From the NCBI GenBank assembly GCA_046484865.1, contig JAWOID010000011.1, positions 1 through 18,671 of the forward strand: a stretch of 18,671 bases of DNA, in the 5' to 3' direction. Of this stretch, positions 15,849 through 18,671 are shown in pieces (within the stretch, counting starts at the first letter, position 1; the number at the start of each line of letters is the position of its first letter). The notes below the pieces were generated by a model, which was not told where the DNA came from, did no database searches, and saw nothing but the letters and a program-made list of their open reading frames with translations. Made by a program: the position numbers and the translations under genes. Origin of the DNA: Candidatus Krumholzibacteriia bacterium (GTDB lineage: Bacteria; Krumholzibacteriota; Krumholzibacteriia; LZORAL124-64-63).

Positions 15849-18468
15849 GCGTGATGTACGATCTCACTCACCGCCCGGGATCAGCGCGGGCTGCCGGCGA
15901 TCGCCGGCCGACCGCCGGCAGGTCGCGGCGGTTGGTCCACTGGCTGGCGGCTGCCGCGATCGGCGCGGTTCTGGGCGGCGTTCCGGTCGCGCCCGCCGGT
16001 GCCCAGGACGACCCCCAGAGCGAGTCGGACCGGACCACCGGCGAACGCACGATGGTGACCGGCGGAGCCTACGCCAGCGGCAAGCTCGACCTCAATCGCG
16101 CCTCGGCCGAGCAGATCGCGACGCTGCCGATCCCTCTCGACGTGGCGCATCGTATCTGGGAATACCGCACCTACGTCAGCTACTTCGGGGACATCTACGA
16201 TCTCATGGAGATCCAGGGGTTCACCCCGGAGATGCTGGCGCGCCTGAAGCCGCTGGTGGCCACGCTGCCGCCGGAGCGCGACGACGAGGCGCTGGAGCGG
16301 CTGTCGGCGAGCTACCGGCAGGTTCGACGCTACCTGGGCCAGGAGGGAGCCAGCGAGGGACTCGTTGACGAGTACCTCGACCAGCTCCGCGACCCGGCCA
16401 ACATCAACGAGCTCGACCTGTTCGACCTGATGTCGTACCAGAACGTCTCGCCCGTGGACGCAGTGGCCATCCTCAAGGCGCGCGAGCGCCTGGGGGGGTT
16501 CGAGAGCGATCGACAGCTGCGCGGCAGCGAGGGGCTCCGCTACTGGGCGTTCCGCAACCTGCGCGACTTCGTGGTGTACGGCGACGCGGCCCAGGCCGAA
16601 TCGAGCGGCGGCCGGCTGCGCGGCGACTACCAGATCCGGTTCTCCGAATCGCCCTACTTCTCCGACGACGATGAGCTGGCGGATGCCGCCCTGGGGGCGA
16701 ACCCCGGCGGCCGATACCTCGTCAGCGACGTCGAACTGCCGCGGCCCGCGCTCACCCAGAAGCTGCGCTTCGCCCTGGATGACGACGCCAAGGCGGGCGT
16801 GCTCACGAGCCGTTACTACGGCGAGCAGGACTGGAACGAGACGTCGAAGGCGTTCGTCTCGATCCAGGACCAGCACGCCGGCCAGTTCCACCTGAAGAAC
16901 CTGGTGGTGGGCGACTTCCGCGCAGCCTTCGGACTGGGCCTGGTGATGGACAACACCGATTTCTTCCTCTACCGGAAGACCGGTTACGACTTCAACAAGC
17001 GTCCCATCGGCGTGGGTGGCGACCTAAGCCGGACCCGCGAGTACGGCTTGCGCGGCGCCGCGCTGGAGAGCCGGTACGGTCCGGTGTACGGCACCTTCTT
17101 CGTGTCCAGCCTCCGCAAGGACGCTGTCCTCAACCCGGACGACGGTACGGTTAATCGCATGATCTTCCTGCTGCCGCGCGTGGAGCAGGAGGTCATCGAC
17201 GGCCGCGAGCCCGGAACGGGACTCGTCGACCCCACGCTGCTGCGCCGGGATGCGCTGCAGGAGGACCTGGTGGGCGGCAACGTCCGGTTGATGCTCGGCA
17301 CGGGCACCTACCTGGGCGTGACCGGCTACGAGGCGACCTACAACCGCGGCTTCCGCGCCGACGTCGCCACCCTGGTCGCCGACACCACCCTGCTGGAAGC
17401 GCGCGACAGCGAGATCTGGCAGGGCTACACCAGCGTCTTCACCGAGGGTGACGAGGTCACGACGCATCGGTTCCGGCGCGTGCTCGGAGCCGAGGCGCAG
17501 ACCGTGATCAGCAACGTGGCCCTCCAGGCGGAGTACGCGTTCCTGCAGGATCCGCGCAACTCGCTCTTCGACGGCGACAACCCGGACGCGCTGGTGGTGA
17601 ACGCCTACACGCAGTTCGACGACCTGCACCTGCTGGCGATCTATCGCGACTACGACCTGGGGTTCGACAACCCGTACAATCGCGCATTCGCCAACGACAA
17701 CCGTTACGAGCAGACGCTGCTGGACGCACCGTACCGGCTGAACGACCCCCTCTTCACCTTCCTGGAGCTGAACAACCCGCAGCCCAAGCCGGAAAAGGGG
17801 CTGTTCTTCGACGCGCGCTACCGCGTCAGCCGCACGCTGACGCTCACCGGTTTCCAGTTCGACCAGTGGGAGCGCAAGGCCGACGGCGCCGATCTCACCC
17901 GCTACACCGTCAAGGCGGAGTACCAGCCCATCTTCGCCCTGCGGTTCCGGGCGCGGCACCGTTACAGCAGCCGCACCGAGCAGCTGCCCGGCGACGTGCG
18001 GACCTTCCGGAACTGGGAGACGCGCTGGCAGCTCGTGGCGCTGCTGAGCAACTTCAACCGCCTGCAGTTCACCTACATGACGAGCAACGTGCAGTTCCCG
18101 GCGCGGCAGCGACTCAGCGGGCTGCCCTATCCCTCGCCCTTCGATCCGGCCGTCGGCACCGCGGCGGACCCGTCCAAGGTCCTCGAGGTGCGCTACGAGC
18201 ACAACCTCACGCCGTGGATCACGCTCTCGGCCGCGTCCACCATGTACGACGGCTTCTTCTGGAACTTCGAGGGGAACGAGTTCGTGCTGCTCGACGGAGT
18301 GGGCTACCGCAACTGGTTCAAGTTCGAGAGCCGGGTGAGCGAGCGCCTCCTGCTGCAGCTCAAGGTCACCCGCGATCACAACCTGCCGCGCACGTACGTC
18401 GACATCCGGTCCTTCGGAGAGGAACTCCGGCCGACTCCGGACGCCGACTACGCGCCGCGGGACGTGCT
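15845..18468 (+). CDS. Large exported protein with two ComEA-like helix-hairpin-helix domains and a C-terminal probable beta-barrel (3' end lost at the junction; absent from the ORF track)
   Basis: The GTG at 15845 overlaps the upstream TGA (alternative ATG 15854). Frame 2 stays open to the window end. Signal ...VPVAPAGA|QDD; HhH1 KLDLNRASAEQIATLPI...RIWEYR...FGDIYDLMEIQGF; HhH2 NINELDLFDL...AILKARERLGGFESDRQL; then LVVGDFRAAFGLGL, EYGLRGAA and aromatic-rich strands. Confidence 0.85.
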
Positions 18469-18671
18469 AAGGCTTGCCGAGACGATCTTGAGAATGGCCT
18501 TTACCGAAAGGGGAGGCCGTTTTGCCAGCTGTTCGGCGAAGGCGATGGCTTCATCAAGGACGGTGCCTTCCTCGCAGAGACGGTCCACCAGTCCTATGGT
18601 GAGGGCCTCTTCCGCTTCCACCTGGCGTCCCAGCAGCATTATTTCAAGGGCCTTTGAGCGCCCAACAAGGC
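18469..18671 (-). CDS. Enoyl-CoA hydratase/isomerase (crotonase) fragment, partial; foreign to the rest of the window
   Basis: Minus strand reads LVGRSKALEIMLLGRQVEAEEALTIGLVDRLCEEGTVLDEAIAFAEQLAKRPPLSVKAILK, a typical crotonase C-terminal segment. Hand count 105/180 GC over 18481-18660, with many A/T-ending codons. Confidence 0.85.

Noticed and set aside
246..18379. Many long antisense or alternate-frame ORFs (e.g. 246-1826 -, 1003-2754 -, 5794-7500 +, 7224-8624 +, 10257-12005 +, 12747-14576 +, 17024-18379 -)
   Set aside because: They overlap genes with clear family motifs, are Arg/Pro/Ala/Gly-rich without motifs, and are expected shadows of high-GC codon usage.
187..18468. Core as a genomic island or mobile element inserted in a lower-GC host
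   Set aside because: No integrase, transposase, tRNA or terminal repeats; the content is housekeeping and envelope genes; the flanks come from two unrelated genes.
17866..18657. 263-aa + strand ORF near the right end
   Set aside because: It is out of frame with the HhH-barrel gene, crosses the suspect junction and has no recognisable motif.

Overview
A high-GC bacterial core (~187-18468) flanked by two ~200-bp lower-GC gene fragments that look foreign: a Ddl fragment on the left and an enoyl-CoA hydratase fragment on the right, both probably chimeric ends. The PorV-like barrel, FlgD-Ig C-terminal domain and Bacteroides-like Spt suggest an FCB-group host (inference). From left to right the core holds: a Des-type membrane desaturase and a metallophosphoesterase, each carrying a coding tandem repeat; a converging minus-strand operon spt - cerS-like GNAT - cerR-like SDR - PAP2_3 protein; an AmmeMemoRadiSam B-A fusion; a STAS protein; Mrp/ApbC; a Thr-type sulfatase-like enzyme; a PTS IIA-like protein; and a three-gene envelope operon. 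That last operon encodes a secreted double lamin-tail/FlgD-Ig protein, a PorV-like barrel and a ~875-aa double helix-hairpin-helix/beta-barrel protein that is missing from the ORF track. There are two best candidates for an undescribed system. (1) A bacterial ceramide operon ending in an Aur1/IPC-synthase-like PAP2 enzyme, a possible eukaryote-style ceramide headgroup transferase. (2) The LTD/PorV-like/HhH-barrel operon, a possible surface DNA-binding or uptake module. All family calls come from motif recognition; no searches were run.
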